Origin: an uncultured Planctomycetaceae bacterium
Lineage (GTDB): Bacteria > Planctomycetota > Planctomycetia > Planctomycetales > Planctomycetaceae
Assembly: GCA_963815195.1 (NCBI GenBank)
Contig: CAWFGE010000013.1
Span: 288,001-352,000 of the forward strand
Direction of reading: 5' to 3'
Length of the DNA stretch: 64,000 nucleotides
A program made the position numbers and the translations under genes. The notes beneath the pieces were generated by a model. It made no database searches, had not been told where the DNA came from, and saw nothing but the letters and a program-made list of their open reading frames with translations. Below, piece after piece: positions 42,811 through 52,534 of the stretch. The stretch's first letter is position 1; every line of letters starts with the position of its first letter.

Positions 42811-43502
42811 ATGACCTCCGTGATCGAAAATCCCTCCTCCCGCTCCAGCGACTCGGTCCCCTCCCCGGTTTCGAGCCACCGGCTGGGAGGTCGGACAACG
42901 AGTTCTATCGAAAGCTGCTGCACATGCTGCCGGGGCTCTTGCCGTTCGGGTTGGCGTTTCTGCCTCACGGCGACCCGCCGGATTGGATCGCCCTGGGGTG
43001 CGTGATCGGGATTTCCGCCCTGTTGACGGGAATGTATCTCGTCCTGCACCGCCGGGTCAGCCGGCCGGAGGAAGCGAACTTCTTGAGCACGGCCCTCAGT
43101 TACCCCGCCACCGTTTTGGGCACGCTGCTTGTGTTTCGCGCCCACGCCGAATTTGCGATGGTCGTGGTGATCCTGATCGCCTTCGGCGACGGCTTCGCCT
43201 ACATTTGCGGGAAGAATTTCGGGCGGCGGCGTTTGCCCTGGAACCCGGAAAAAACCTGGGCGGGCAGCATCGGGTTCATGGTGTTCTCGGCGCCGGTGGC
43301 CACGCTCGCGTTTTGGCTGGAGGCTAAGAATCCGGACGTATCGTGGCTCGTGGCGGGGGCTTGCTGCGCCACGGCTTCGCTGTTTGCCGCGGTCGCCGAA
43401 TCCTGGCCGACCCAACTCACCGACAACCTCCGCGTCGGCCTGACCGCCGCCATAACGGTTTCCGGCAGTTACTTTCTGCTCGCCGCGTGCGGCCTGCATT
43501 AA
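42811..43502 (+). CDS. CTP-dependent phytol/dolichol/diacylglycerol-kinase-like membrane protein (apparent frameshift ~42888)
   Basis: EFYRKLLH, GDGFAYICGKNFG, KTWAGS, AES...DNL; the RKLLH frame has no upstream start, so it is joined to ATG 42811. Confidence 0.75.
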
Positions 43503-43713
43503 GATTCCATGTATGCTCCTGCGTCTTGCGGATCGAATTCCATGAGCCCGAATCGCCAGCGGGGGAAAATGTCGCCCGGCGGCCTGTTCCGAGTGGACTC
43601 ACTCTTTGCGAGCGGGTAGAGTCTCCCATTGGAGAAAATTGATCTATCCGTTTCTCCTCGCGTTTCGGCGTCCCGCGTTCTGCGTATTCCCCATGAAGGG
43701 AGGTCGGCTGTCG

Positions 43714-44475
43714 ATGGTCGAAGAGGCGATTCGTATTCTGGTGGTGGACGATGAGCCGGGCATGCGGAAGTCCCTCGCGGACATCCTGCTCGATGAGGGT
43801 TACGTGGTCGAGGTCGCGGAGGACGGCCTCCAAGCGGTCGAGCTTTGCTCCCAAAGCGCCTTCGACGTGGTCATTATGGATGTGCGGATGCCGGGCTTGG
43901 ATGGGGTGGAGGCCTTTCGGCGAATCCGCACCCACCGCAGCGGGACCCGCGTCATCTTGATGAGCGCCTTCGGCGTGGACGAATTGAAATACGAGGCCCT
44001 CGACGAAGGAGCGATCGCGTTTTTGGAAAAGCCCTTGGACATCGACGCCGTGGTGGATCTAATTGAAAACGCCTCCGACACCGCCGTGCTGGTTGTCGAG
44101 CCCGAAGTGGTGCTGCAAACGCAACTTCACGATTCCCTCAAGGCCCACCGCTACCGCGTCACGACGGCCGCCTCCCCGCATGATGCCTTGAAGCTTTTGG
44201 AGCAGATCCGTTTCGACATCATTTTGATCGACATCGACTTGCCCGCGATGAGCGGGCTGGATCTGTATCTGGCCATCAAACGCCTGACCCCGGCTTCGCT
44301 CGCGATCATGATTTCCGGGGCCGAGGAAGAATTTCTGGAACTCGCCCAAAAAGCCGTCGATCAAACGGCCTACACCTTCGTGCAAAAGCCGTTGGACATC
44401 GAGCACTTGCTGCACGTGTTGGAACGCATCCACCAGCAGCAACTCTCCAAAGCCCTGAAGAAACCGCAAAACTGA
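43714..44475 (+). CDS. Response regulator with two tandem receiver domains, no output domain
   Basis: LVVDDE/MDVRMP/KP and LVVEPE/IDIDLP/KP; GGAGG RBS. Confidence 0.9.
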   Translation: MVEEAIRILVVDDEPGMRKSLADILLDEGYVVEVAEDGLQAVELCSQSAFDVVIMDVRMPGLDGVEAFRRIRTHRSGTRVILMSAFGVDELKYEALDEGAIAFLEKPLDIDAVVDLIENASDTAVLVVEPEVVLQTQLHDSLKAHRYRVTTAASPHDALKLLEQIRFDIILIDIDLPAMSGLDLYLAIKRLTPASLAIMISGAEEEFLELAQKAVDQTAYTFVQKPLDIEHLLHVLERIHQQQLSKALKKPQN

Positions 44476-44486
44476 CGGGGCTTCCG

Positions 44487-45389
44487 CTACGAAGCCGACG
44501 GAGACAGGCCCGCGTTTTGCAGTTCTCGCTCCAGCTCCGCCAAGATCTCGAGCGGCGGGGGAAGCATCGGGGCGCGGGGGTGCGTGCCGTCGTAGCCCAG
44601 CCAGTTCATCGCGGCTTTGACGCCGCCGGCTCCATATTTCAGCATCACGGCGTCGATGCGTTGAATCTTCTCCTGAAGTGGCCGGGCCTCGTCGTGGCGT
44701 TGGCTCATGCCCATTTGCAGGAGTTCATAAAGAGCCGCGGGCCAGACGTTCGCAAAGGCGGTGGTCGTGCCGTTACAGCCGATCAACGTGCCGTGCAGGA
44801 TCAGGCTGCCGTTGCAAATCCAAAACCGCTTGTCGGAGGCGACGTGCCGGCGGACGTTCGCTTCGAACCGCACATCGTGATCGGTGACGTAGCCGAACAC
44901 GTTGTCCCGGTTGACGATCTCGCCGATGACTTCCGCAGTCGCCGCCGGCACGCCGACCGAACCGAACCGCTCCGGATTCGACTGGTGCATCACCAACACC
45001 GGCAGCGGACACCGCGGCACGACCTGCTCGAAATACCGGAGCGCCGCCGATTCATATCGGGGAATCCGCACGCGGACCATTTCCGCTCCGACATCGGCAA
45101 AGGCCTCGGCCCGCCGCAGCGTTTCGGTGACCGACGGGCAATCGATCCCGCCCATCAAAAACCGCTTCTCATCGAGGCTTTGGGCAATCGTGCAGGCGAT
45201 GGCGAGCTTTTCCTGTTCGCTCAGAAACCATTCCTCGCCCGTGGCCGTGCCCACGGTCAATCCCGCGGCCGGCGTTTTCAGCCACCGGGCGACATTCCGG
45301 CCGAGCGCCTCGTGGTCCACGCGGTCCTTATCGTCAAACGGCGTGGAAACGGGAATCGCGACAATGGGATCCGTTGCGGGAATCGGCAT
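44487..45389 (-). CDS. DapA/N-acetylneuraminate-lyase family protein (atypical active site)
   Basis: TPFDDKDRVD, GTATGE..LS.QEK, GVKAAM...G...PRAPM. Confidence 0.85.
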   Translation of the reverse strand: MPIPATDPIVAIPVSTPFDDKDRVDHEALGRNVARWLKTPAAGLTVGTATGEEWFLSEQEKLAIACTIAQSLDEKRFLMGGIDCPSVTETLRRAEAFADVGAEMVRVRIPRYESAALRYFEQVVPRCPLPVLVMHQSNPERFGSVGVPAATAEVIGEIVNRDNVFGYVTDHDVRFEANVRRHVASDKRFWICNGSLILHGTLIGCNGTTTAFANVWPAALYELLQMGMSQRHDEARPLQEKIQRIDAVMLKYGAGGVKAAMNWLGYDGTHPRAPMLPPPLEILAELERELQNAGLSPSAS

Positions 45390-45552
45390 GATGTTTTCCA
45401 TCCAAGCTGGCGAGCGGTTGGCAGTTGTCCCCAGTGTAGCCAGGACCGATCCGCTCCGAAATCGTAATTGGAGTTGGATTTTGTTATCATCCGGTCGTCC
45501 TTGAGAGAACCATGTCACCCGCGAACCCGCCGCATTCCCAAGGGAGCGACAC

Positions 45553-45783
45553 ATGACGATGACCGTAGCCGAACTTTGCCTGAAACATCAACTCACCATC
45601 GCGCAATTGGCGGAGCAATCGGGCCTGGCGGAAGACCGCGTGACCGCCATCGCGTTGGGCCGCTGGACCCCGAGCCCTGCGGAGCGAACCCAAATCGCCC
45701 AGGTGTTCGGCGTCGAGAAGGAAGAGATCTCCTGGGGCCACACAACGCCGATCCAGCACATCTACGGCCACGGCCCAGGCTAA
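45553..45783 (+). CDS. Small XRE-type helix-turn-helix protein
   Basis: LTIAQLAEQSGL...IALGRWTPS...IAQVFGV; AGGGAG RBS. Confidence 0.8.
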   Translation: MTMTVAELCLKHQLTIAQLAEQSGLAEDRVTAIALGRWTPSPAERTQIAQVFGVEKEEISWGHTTPIQHIYGHGPG

Positions 45784-45851
45784 TCAAGGCGAGCGGCCGG
45801 CGTAAGCCGGCCGATGGCGCACAACAAAGAACCGTTTCCTATTCAAGAGAA

Positions 45852-46925
45852 TCACGGCGCTGACGTCGCCCGGTCGCGCGATTCGATCGAAACCATCTCC
45901 TGCGTCTTCGCGGATTGGAGCAACGCCAGCACCGCTTGGACGCCGGCTCGACCGTCTGCGGGCGTGCCCTCGCCGCCCGGTGGGCCCTGGATGGAGTTGA
46001 CGAAGGCCTGCATCTGATCGCAGTAGGCCTGCATGCGGTTCATCGCGAAGGCGGAGTGGGAATCCTCGTGGCCCACGGGCGGCTGCTCGTAAACGGTTTC
46101 GATCTCTCCGTCTTTCCCCAACTGCAAGAGGCCGTAGGGGTCGAGATCGATCACGCCCTCGTCGCCCATCATGCGAAAGCGGAACGCCTCGCCGGCAAAT
46201 CCCGGAGCCGGCAGCACGCTCGACGACCAGAACGTCGCCATGGTTTGGTTGGAAAATGACAAAAGCGCCATCGTCGTGTTTTCGTTGGGGTTTTCTTCGC
46301 GGAAGGTTCCCGACTGGGCGGCGACCGTTTGAAGCTCGCTGCCCAGCCACCACCGGCAGAGATCGATGTTATGCGGTCCGCTGTTGATCAGGTGGGCCAG
46401 GCTCCGCGGATCGCGCCACCAGCCCCAATCGCCCCCGAAGCCGGCGTCGTGCCGCATCGAAGTGATGTCGAACAGGGCTGACATCTGAATGCACCGCACG
46501 GCTCCGATGGCTCCCGACTGAATCAACTCCCGCGCCCGACGGTTCGATTCACGAAACCGCTGATGATAACCCACCGACAATACCAGGCCGCGTTTTTGAA
46601 ACTCGGCCGTCATCCGGTCGCAGTCTTCCACGGACGTCGCCATCGGCTTTTCCACCAAAACGTGCTTCCCCGCGTTCGCGGCAGCCAGCGCTTGTTCGCA
46701 GTGCACATGATGCGGGGTGGCGATCACGACGGCGTCCACATCCTCGCGGCCCACGAGTGCCCGCACGTCCGGTTCCACGTCCAAACCGTAATCCTCCGCC
46801 AGTTGTTGCGCCCGGCGGCCGCCTGTGACGGCGGCGGGGGTCGTCGAACCCAATTTGCTCGCCGCATCCACGTGCGTGCGGCCCATGAAACCCGATCCGA
46901 TGAAACCCAATCTGATGCTGGACAT
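45852..46925 (-). CDS. Gfo/Idh/MocA oxidoreductase
   Basis: GFIGSGFMG, IATPHHVH, HVLVEKPM. Confidence 0.93.
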   Translation of the reverse strand: MSSIRLGFIGSGFMGRTHVDAASKLGSTTPAAVTGGRRAQQLAEDYGLDVEPDVRALVGREDVDAVVIATPHHVHCEQALAAANAGKHVLVEKPMATSVEDCDRMTAEFQKRGLVLSVGYHQRFRESNRRARELIQSGAIGAVRCIQMSALFDITSMRHDAGFGGDWGWWRDPRSLAHLINSGPHNIDLCRWWLGSELQTVAAQSGTFREENPNENTTMALLSFSNQTMATFWSSSVLPAPGFAGEAFRFRMMGDEGVIDLDPYGLLQLGKDGEIETVYEQPPVGHEDSHSAFAMNRMQAYCDQMQAFVNSIQGPPGGEGTPADGRAGVQAVLALLQSAKTQEMVSIESRDRATSAP

Positions 46926-47052
46926 GGTGGCGCGATTCCGGTTGGACAGGAAGGTTTTTGACGGCAGGCTTTTTTCTCGGCCTCATTCTGCGCAAAATCG
47001 GACGGGAACGCCAACCTTGCCAATCCGTTTGTTCGCGAGAAAGCTGCCCGGC

Positions 47053-48786
47053 ATGAAACGGCTTTTGATTTTGGTCTTGATGATCGTCCTGTGGAGTGCG
47101 GCTCCTTGCGGAGCGGCCGAGTCCGCGGGGAAGGCGGAGGCCTCGAAGCCCGCGGGCCTCGCGCCCATCGATTGGGCGATCATCGCGACGTATGCCGCCG
47201 CGACCATCGGCTTAGGCTGGTACTACGGCCGAAAGCAGGAATCCACGCAGGAGTACTTCACCGGCACCGGGCATATGAATGCGGTGCTCATCGGCGTTTC
47301 GCTGTTCGCGACGCTCTTGAGCACGATTTCGTATCTGTCGATGCCCGGCGAATCGCTGGGCAAGGGCCCGGGCTACATGGCCAGTTATCTCGCTCTGCCC
47401 TTTGTGTTCGTCGTCGTGGCTTACGGGTTGTTGCCCGTTTATATGCGGGAGCGCGTCACCAGTGCTTACGAATTGCTGGAAGCCCGGCTCGGCTTGAGCA
47501 TCCGCCTGTTGGGGGCCGGGATGTTCATCGTGCTGCGGTTGGTGTGGATGTCGCTGTTGATTTACCTGACCGCGAAGGCCTTGGCGATCATGATCGGCGT
47601 GTCGAAAGAGGCCATCCCCTGGATCGCCTGCGCGACGGGGCTGGTGGCGGTGATTTACACTTCCATGGGCGGACTGCGAGCCGTGGTCATCACCGACTTG
47701 ATGCAAACGATCCTGCTTTATGGCGGTGCCCTGTTGGTGCTCGGGACCATCAGCTACGACCTCGGGGGCTTCGGCTGGATTCCCACGCGGTGGAACCCCA
47801 AATGGGACACGCAGCCGCTTTTCAGTACCGACCCCGCGACGCGGGTGACCTTGGTCGGGGCGTGGCTCAGCTTTTTCGTGTGGAACGTCTGCACGTCCGG
47901 AGGCGATCAGACCTCCGTGCAGCGGTTCATGGCCACTGCGGATGTCCACTCCGCCCGGCGGGCCGTCGCCACGCAATTTCTGATCACATTGATCGTGGCG
48001 ATGACGTTGGCCTTGGTGGGGTTTGCGATGTTGGCCTACTTCGAAGCCCATCCGGAGCGGCTGCCCGAATACTTGTCGCTCAAAGCCAATGCCGACCAGA
48101 TTTTCCCGCACTTCATCGCTTACGAACTGCCCGTTGGCATTTCGGGGTTGGTGGTGGCGGCGATGTTCGCCGCGGCGATGTCCAGCATCGACTCGGGCGT
48201 CAACTCCATCACGGCGGTCGTGGTGACCGACCTGTTCGACCGCTTCGGCCGCGCTCCGAAAACCGAACGCGGCCACGTGCGGATCGCCCGCTGGATGGCG
48301 TTCGGCATCGGGGCGTTCGTCGTCCTGTGCAGTTCCTTGATGGAGCACGTGCCCGGCAACATCACGGCGGTCACGCAAAAGACCTCGAACCTGCTGACCA
48401 CGCCGATCTTCGGGTTGTTCTTCTTCGCTTTGTTCGTCCCGTTCGCCAGCCCCAAGGGCGTCTGGACCGGAGCGGTCTGCGGGACATTGACGGCGGCGGG
48501 GATTGCCTTTTCCGGTCCGCTGGTCGTGTTGTTGGCTACGCGGTTCGGCGTGGACCCTGCCCAGTTCGGCGTGGAACTGATGACCAAAATCGACCCGGCG
48601 ACCCAGGCCGAAACCCTGGTGAGCGCCATTCGCGAATTGAACCCGCAAACCGGACGGCTCGAACTCGTTGAGCGCGACCCCATCAGCTTCCAGTGGATCG
48701 CCCCGGCCGCGATTTCGGTCAACATCATTACCGGCACCTTGGGCAGCGTGCTCTTCCCGCGCAAAACCCCGGATGCGGAGATATGA
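47053..48786 (+). CDS. Sodium:solute symporter (SLC5/SSS)
   Basis: SAYELLEARLG, GGLRAVVITD, DQTSVQRF, AAAMSSIDSGVNS. Confidence 0.93.
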   Translation: MKRLLILVLMIVLWSAAPCGAAESAGKAEASKPAGLAPIDWAIIATYAAATIGLGWYYGRKQESTQEYFTGTGHMNAVLIGVSLFATLLSTISYLSMPGESLGKGPGYMASYLALPFVFVVVAYGLLPVYMRERVTSAYELLEARLGLSIRLLGAGMFIVLRLVWMSLLIYLTAKALAIMIGVSKEAIPWIACATGLVAVIYTSMGGLRAVVITDLMQTILLYGGALLVLGTISYDLGGFGWIPTRWNPKWDTQPLFSTDPATRVTLVGAWLSFFVWNVCTSGGDQTSVQRFMATADVHSARRAVATQFLITLIVAMTLALVGFAMLAYFEAHPERLPEYLSLKANADQIFPHFIAYELPVGISGLVVAAMFAAAMSSIDSGVNSITAVVVTDLFDRFGRAPKTERGHVRIARWMAFGIGAFVVLCSSLMEHVPGNITAVTQKTSNLLTTPIFGLFFFALFVPFASPKGVWTGAVCGTLTAAGIAFSGPLVVLLATRFGVDPAQFGVELMTKIDPATQAETLVSAIRELNPQTGRLELVERDPISFQWIAPAAISVNIITGTLGSVLFPRKTPDAEI

Positions 48787-48827
48787 TAGAGACCACCGAC
48801 ACAAAATTTATGCGGGAATGCTAAACC

Positions 48828-51118
48828 ATGCTCGAACGGCGAGAGTTCTTAAGCGGATTGACCTCGATGGGCCTGGGATTCAGCCTCTTCCCGCTGCGGC
48901 CATCGATCGGAGCCGCCCCGAAGCCGGCCCGGTTGGCACCGGCGATGCCCGGCGAGGGTGTCTTTGCGTACCTCCGCCGGACCGGGCGAGGCCGCGATCA
49001 AGATTTGTACAGATGGATTCTGGGAGCCGCCAACGAATTCAAGGAAGGCGATCAGATTGTCGGGATCGCCGCTTTGAATGAGGGCGAGCGCCGCGAAGCC
49101 CGCCGGTTGTTGGCGGCGACGCGGATTGCCGACCTCAATAAGCGTCCGGTGTTTGGGGATCGATTCTACGACTTCATCACGAAGGATCCTGGCGCCAACG
49201 CGGTGCAAAGCCCGGCCGAAATGACGTTGGGCGATCTGAAGGCGTTTCTGCTGCATCGAGAGGAGCCGGACGTCAAATCTCTGGCGGCCGGCCTGTCCAG
49301 CGATGTGATCGGCTGCGTCGTCAAGCTCATGTCGAATGAGGAGTTGATCGCCGTCGGCGCGAAGGTTTTTCATCCTCTGCCCGGAAGCCAAATCGGGGCC
49401 AAAGGGTATCTCGGCGCACGAATCCAGCCCAACTCGCCGACCGATCACGTGGAGGACATTCGCTGGCAGGTTTTGGACGGCTGGGCCTATGCGGTGGGGG
49501 ACGTGGTGCTGGGGACCAATCCCGTGTCCAGCGACCCCAAGTCCGTGGCCGCGGTGGAAGAGACACTCAAAGATTTGCTCAAGACCTTCGGCCTCGAAGA
49601 CGTTCTCCCGCACTGCGTGCTTTCGCACATCGACGTGCAGGCGAAAGTCGAGGAGCAGCATCCCGGCAGCACGGCGATCTGGTTTCAGAGCATCGCCGGC
49701 TGCGACACCGCAAACGCGACCTTCGACATCAATCTCAAAAAAATGCTCGATTACACCCGCCGGCGGAAAGGGCGATACGGATTATACTTTGAAACCGGCC
49801 AAGGCGCGGATTTCACCAACGGCCACGCCCACGGATTCGACATGGTGCTTCACGAATCGCGGAAGTACGGATGGGCGAGATCCCTCAAACGCGTGCTCGC
49901 CGAGACCTTGAAAGAAGCCCGCGCCCCTTTGAGCCCTGGCTGCATCTGAACGATGTCGCGGGCTTTATCGGCCCGGAGGTGTTCCGCACCCGCGAACAGT
50001 TGGTCCGCTGCTGCCTGGAAGACATCGTGATGGGCAAGCTGCACGGCTTGTGCATCGGGCTGGATGTGTGCTCGACCTTGCACATGGACATTTCCTTGAG
50101 CGACCTGGATTGGTGCCTCGATCAAATCCTGCCGGCGAACCCGGCGTATCTGATGGCCCTTCCCACAAAAATCGATCCGATGCTGGGTTATTTGACGACC
50201 GGATTTCAAGACCACGTGCGGCTGCGGGAGAAGTTCGGCTACAAAGTCAACGACCGCATGGCCCGGTTCTTTCAGGAGTTGGGCGTGATCGATTCCCAAG
50301 GGCGGCCGACGCCGCACTTCGGCGATCCCCTGTGGGTGTTTTTGCAATACCGCCGGCGAAAAGGTGATGCCCGCAGCGATCAGGAACTCCTCGCCGAAGG
50401 AGCGGCGGAGATGGACGCCGTGCGCGGGCGGGGGCTGTTTCTCGCCCAAGGGCACGGCCCAAATCCCTGGGATATGAATCCCTCGCTGGAAAAGCAAATC
50501 CAGCGGATTTATGCGGACGCCAAAAAGTGCATCTGGACCGAATGGAATCCGAAATTCGTCGCTCAGATTCCCGAGGAGTTGCCGCTTTCCACCCGCTCCG
50601 CCGACCGCACCGATTACATTCTGCATCCCGAAACCGGCGAGCGACTTTCGCCAGAGTCCCAGGACAAACTGGCCCGGCTGCGAAAACAACATGCTGGACG
50701 GTACAACGTCCAGATTGTGATTTCAGACGGCCTCAATGCGCTCGCCCTTATGGATCCGGGACAACTCGCACCGTTTCTCGCGAAGCTGCGGGAGGAACTG
50801 GACGATGCCGATTACAAGACGGCCCCCGAACCCATCGTGCTCACGTCGGGGCGCGTGCGGGCCGGTTACCGGATCGGCGAGGCGCTGTTTGGATCGCTCC
50901 CAAATCCGCGGGCGGTCTTGCACATCATCGGCGAGCGTCCCGGCTCTGGGCACCATACGTTTTCCATCCACATCACCTCCACCACCGGTCAAACCTGGGG
51001 CCAACCTGGGAAGGTTGATCACAACATCACCAAAGTGGTGTCCGGCGTCGCGGTCACGGCCCTTTCGCCCGCCGCCGCCGCGGTGGAAACAGTCCGCCTG
51101 CTCAAAACGTTGATGTGA
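48828..51118 (+). CDS. eutB: Fused ethanolamine ammonia-lyase EutB-EutC-like protein with a Tat-like signal (apparent 1-nt deletion ~49930)
   Basis: ERREFL N-terminus; EutB motifs RIQPNSPTD, GDVVLGTNP, YFETGQG, VAGFIGPE, CLEDIVMGKL; EutC motifs QIVISDGL, GRV..G..IG, IIGERPG. Confidence 0.85.
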
Positions 51119-51164
51119 TATTCACGTCGTGTAATCGGCGTTCAGTTCGCCCGCTCGCGAATTC

Positions 51165-51539
51165 TCAAATCGCGTTTTGGTCGAAGAAACGCTGGATCGC
51201 ATTCAGTTTTTGTTCAAACTGTTCCAGTCTGACGTCAAGTTCCAACTGTTTTCCAGGTCTGGCCTCCTGAGCGTGTTGAATCCATTGGGACGACTTGCGG
51301 ACTAATGTACCGTATACAGGAATAAACGATCGAAACATGTCGAGATTATTTGTAAATCGATTCTTCAAGTATCTTCGCTCTTCGTCAGACTTTACACTCT
51401 TTGCACCGCTGTCATGATACAAATCCAGGACTTTGATGGTATCTAGCCGCAACCTTTCAATCTCGTCCGAATATTCCTTGATCAATTTGCATGCGGTCTC
51501 TGCAAATTCGTCTGAGACGGATTCAATATCAGTCGCCAT
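51165..51539 (-). CDS. Hypothetical helical protein
   Basis: 124-aa ORF overlapping the GTPase stop, same AT-richer composition. Confidence 0.6.
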   Translation of the reverse strand: MATDIESVSDEFAETACKLIKEYSDEIERLRLDTIKVLDLYHDSGAKSVKSDEERRYLKNRFTNNLDMFRSFIPVYGTLVRKSSQWIQHAQEARPGKQLELDVRLEQFEQKLNAIQRFFDQNAI

Positions 51540-52374
51540 GTTTCTTCTCCCAATCCATCAATCCTTCGAGTTTATGTAGCAGGCTTTCCATGGACTTTTG
51601 TTGGTCGGACTGATCGTAACCCGCGACGGTTGGCTTTAACGTTTCGTCACGGCCTGTGACTAGATTTCTGATAACCAACGAGACAAAAGCGATTTCGTGC
51701 CGAAATTCGTGCGGTTGCTTTGAGCCCGCACACTTGGTGACGATATTTCGATATTTCCCAACGGAATAGTGATTTTCCGCCACGTCCCGTTCATTCCACC
51801 ACAAGTCTTGCTTGGTTACCAACGTCAGCAACCAAATCGTTTGATGGCACTTTTGGATCGCGTTGCAAAGCTTTTCAAAAACTTTTTCCTCAGCCTTCAG
51901 ACAGGCAGCAATATACTTATTGAGAAATTCTTCGAGGCCCTCGTCTTCCGAATAAAGCTTGTGGTTTTTGTAGCTGAAATCCCCAATCGTGTGATGTCCA
52001 TACGCCAGGACGAGTACAATTCCTCTGAAGTCGCCGTTTTTGACTTCCTCCAGAATCTGCGGCCAAGTTGAATCCATTCTTTTGGCTTGCCCGGGTGGAA
52101 CGACAATTTGGACTTTGGGATTGTCGCGGACTTCGTAAGATTCAACTTTTATGCTTTCGATATACTCCGTTAATCGAACGGCATCGTCTGATGCCGGCGG
52201 GCCGGCCAAAAAATGGCCAAGTGTCGTCTTGCCGACGCCACCAGGACCTATCACGAGGATTTTTCTTGGATCGTCTTCCTTTGTGAACCACGATGAGATT
52301 TTAGACCAGATTTGCCCTTTGTTTTTCCACAATTCTTTGATCGCTTCTTTCGTAAACCACTCTTCCAGCGCCAT
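51529..52374 (-). CDS. P-loop GTPase-like protein
   Basis: G1 IGPGGVGKTT, G3-like VVPPGQ, G4 TKQD; GAGGA RBS before ATG 52374. Confidence 0.75.
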   Translation of the reverse strand: MALEEWFTKEAIKELWKNKGQIWSKISSWFTKEDDPRKILVIGPGGVGKTTLGHFLAGPPASDDAVRLTEYIESIKVESYEVRDNPKVQIVVPPGQAKRMDSTWPQILEEVKNGDFRGIVLVLAYGHHTIGDFSYKNHKLYSEDEGLEEFLNKYIAACLKAEEKVFEKLCNAIQKCHQTIWLLTLVTKQDLWWNERDVAENHYSVGKYRNIVTKCAGSKQPHEFRHEIAFVSLVIRNLVTGRDETLKPTVAGYDQSDQQKSMESLLHKLEGLMDWEKKHGD

Positions 52375-52534
52375 TGTCGTCCTCTTCGGTTTTAGATTGA
52401 AAACAATCCTTGCTCTCAGGAGAACCAACAAGTAACACGAAATGCTTTTTTCGCTGAAGCGAACCGTTTCGATTCCAATCGACATCTTTAATTCAGTGTA
52501 TCAGACAAATGATTCGTCGTCATGGGAATTCTTC

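Noticed and set aside
47091..48804. 526-aa and 530-aa overlapping ORFs
   Set aside because: Off-frame and antisense shadows of the SSS transporter, with no motifs.
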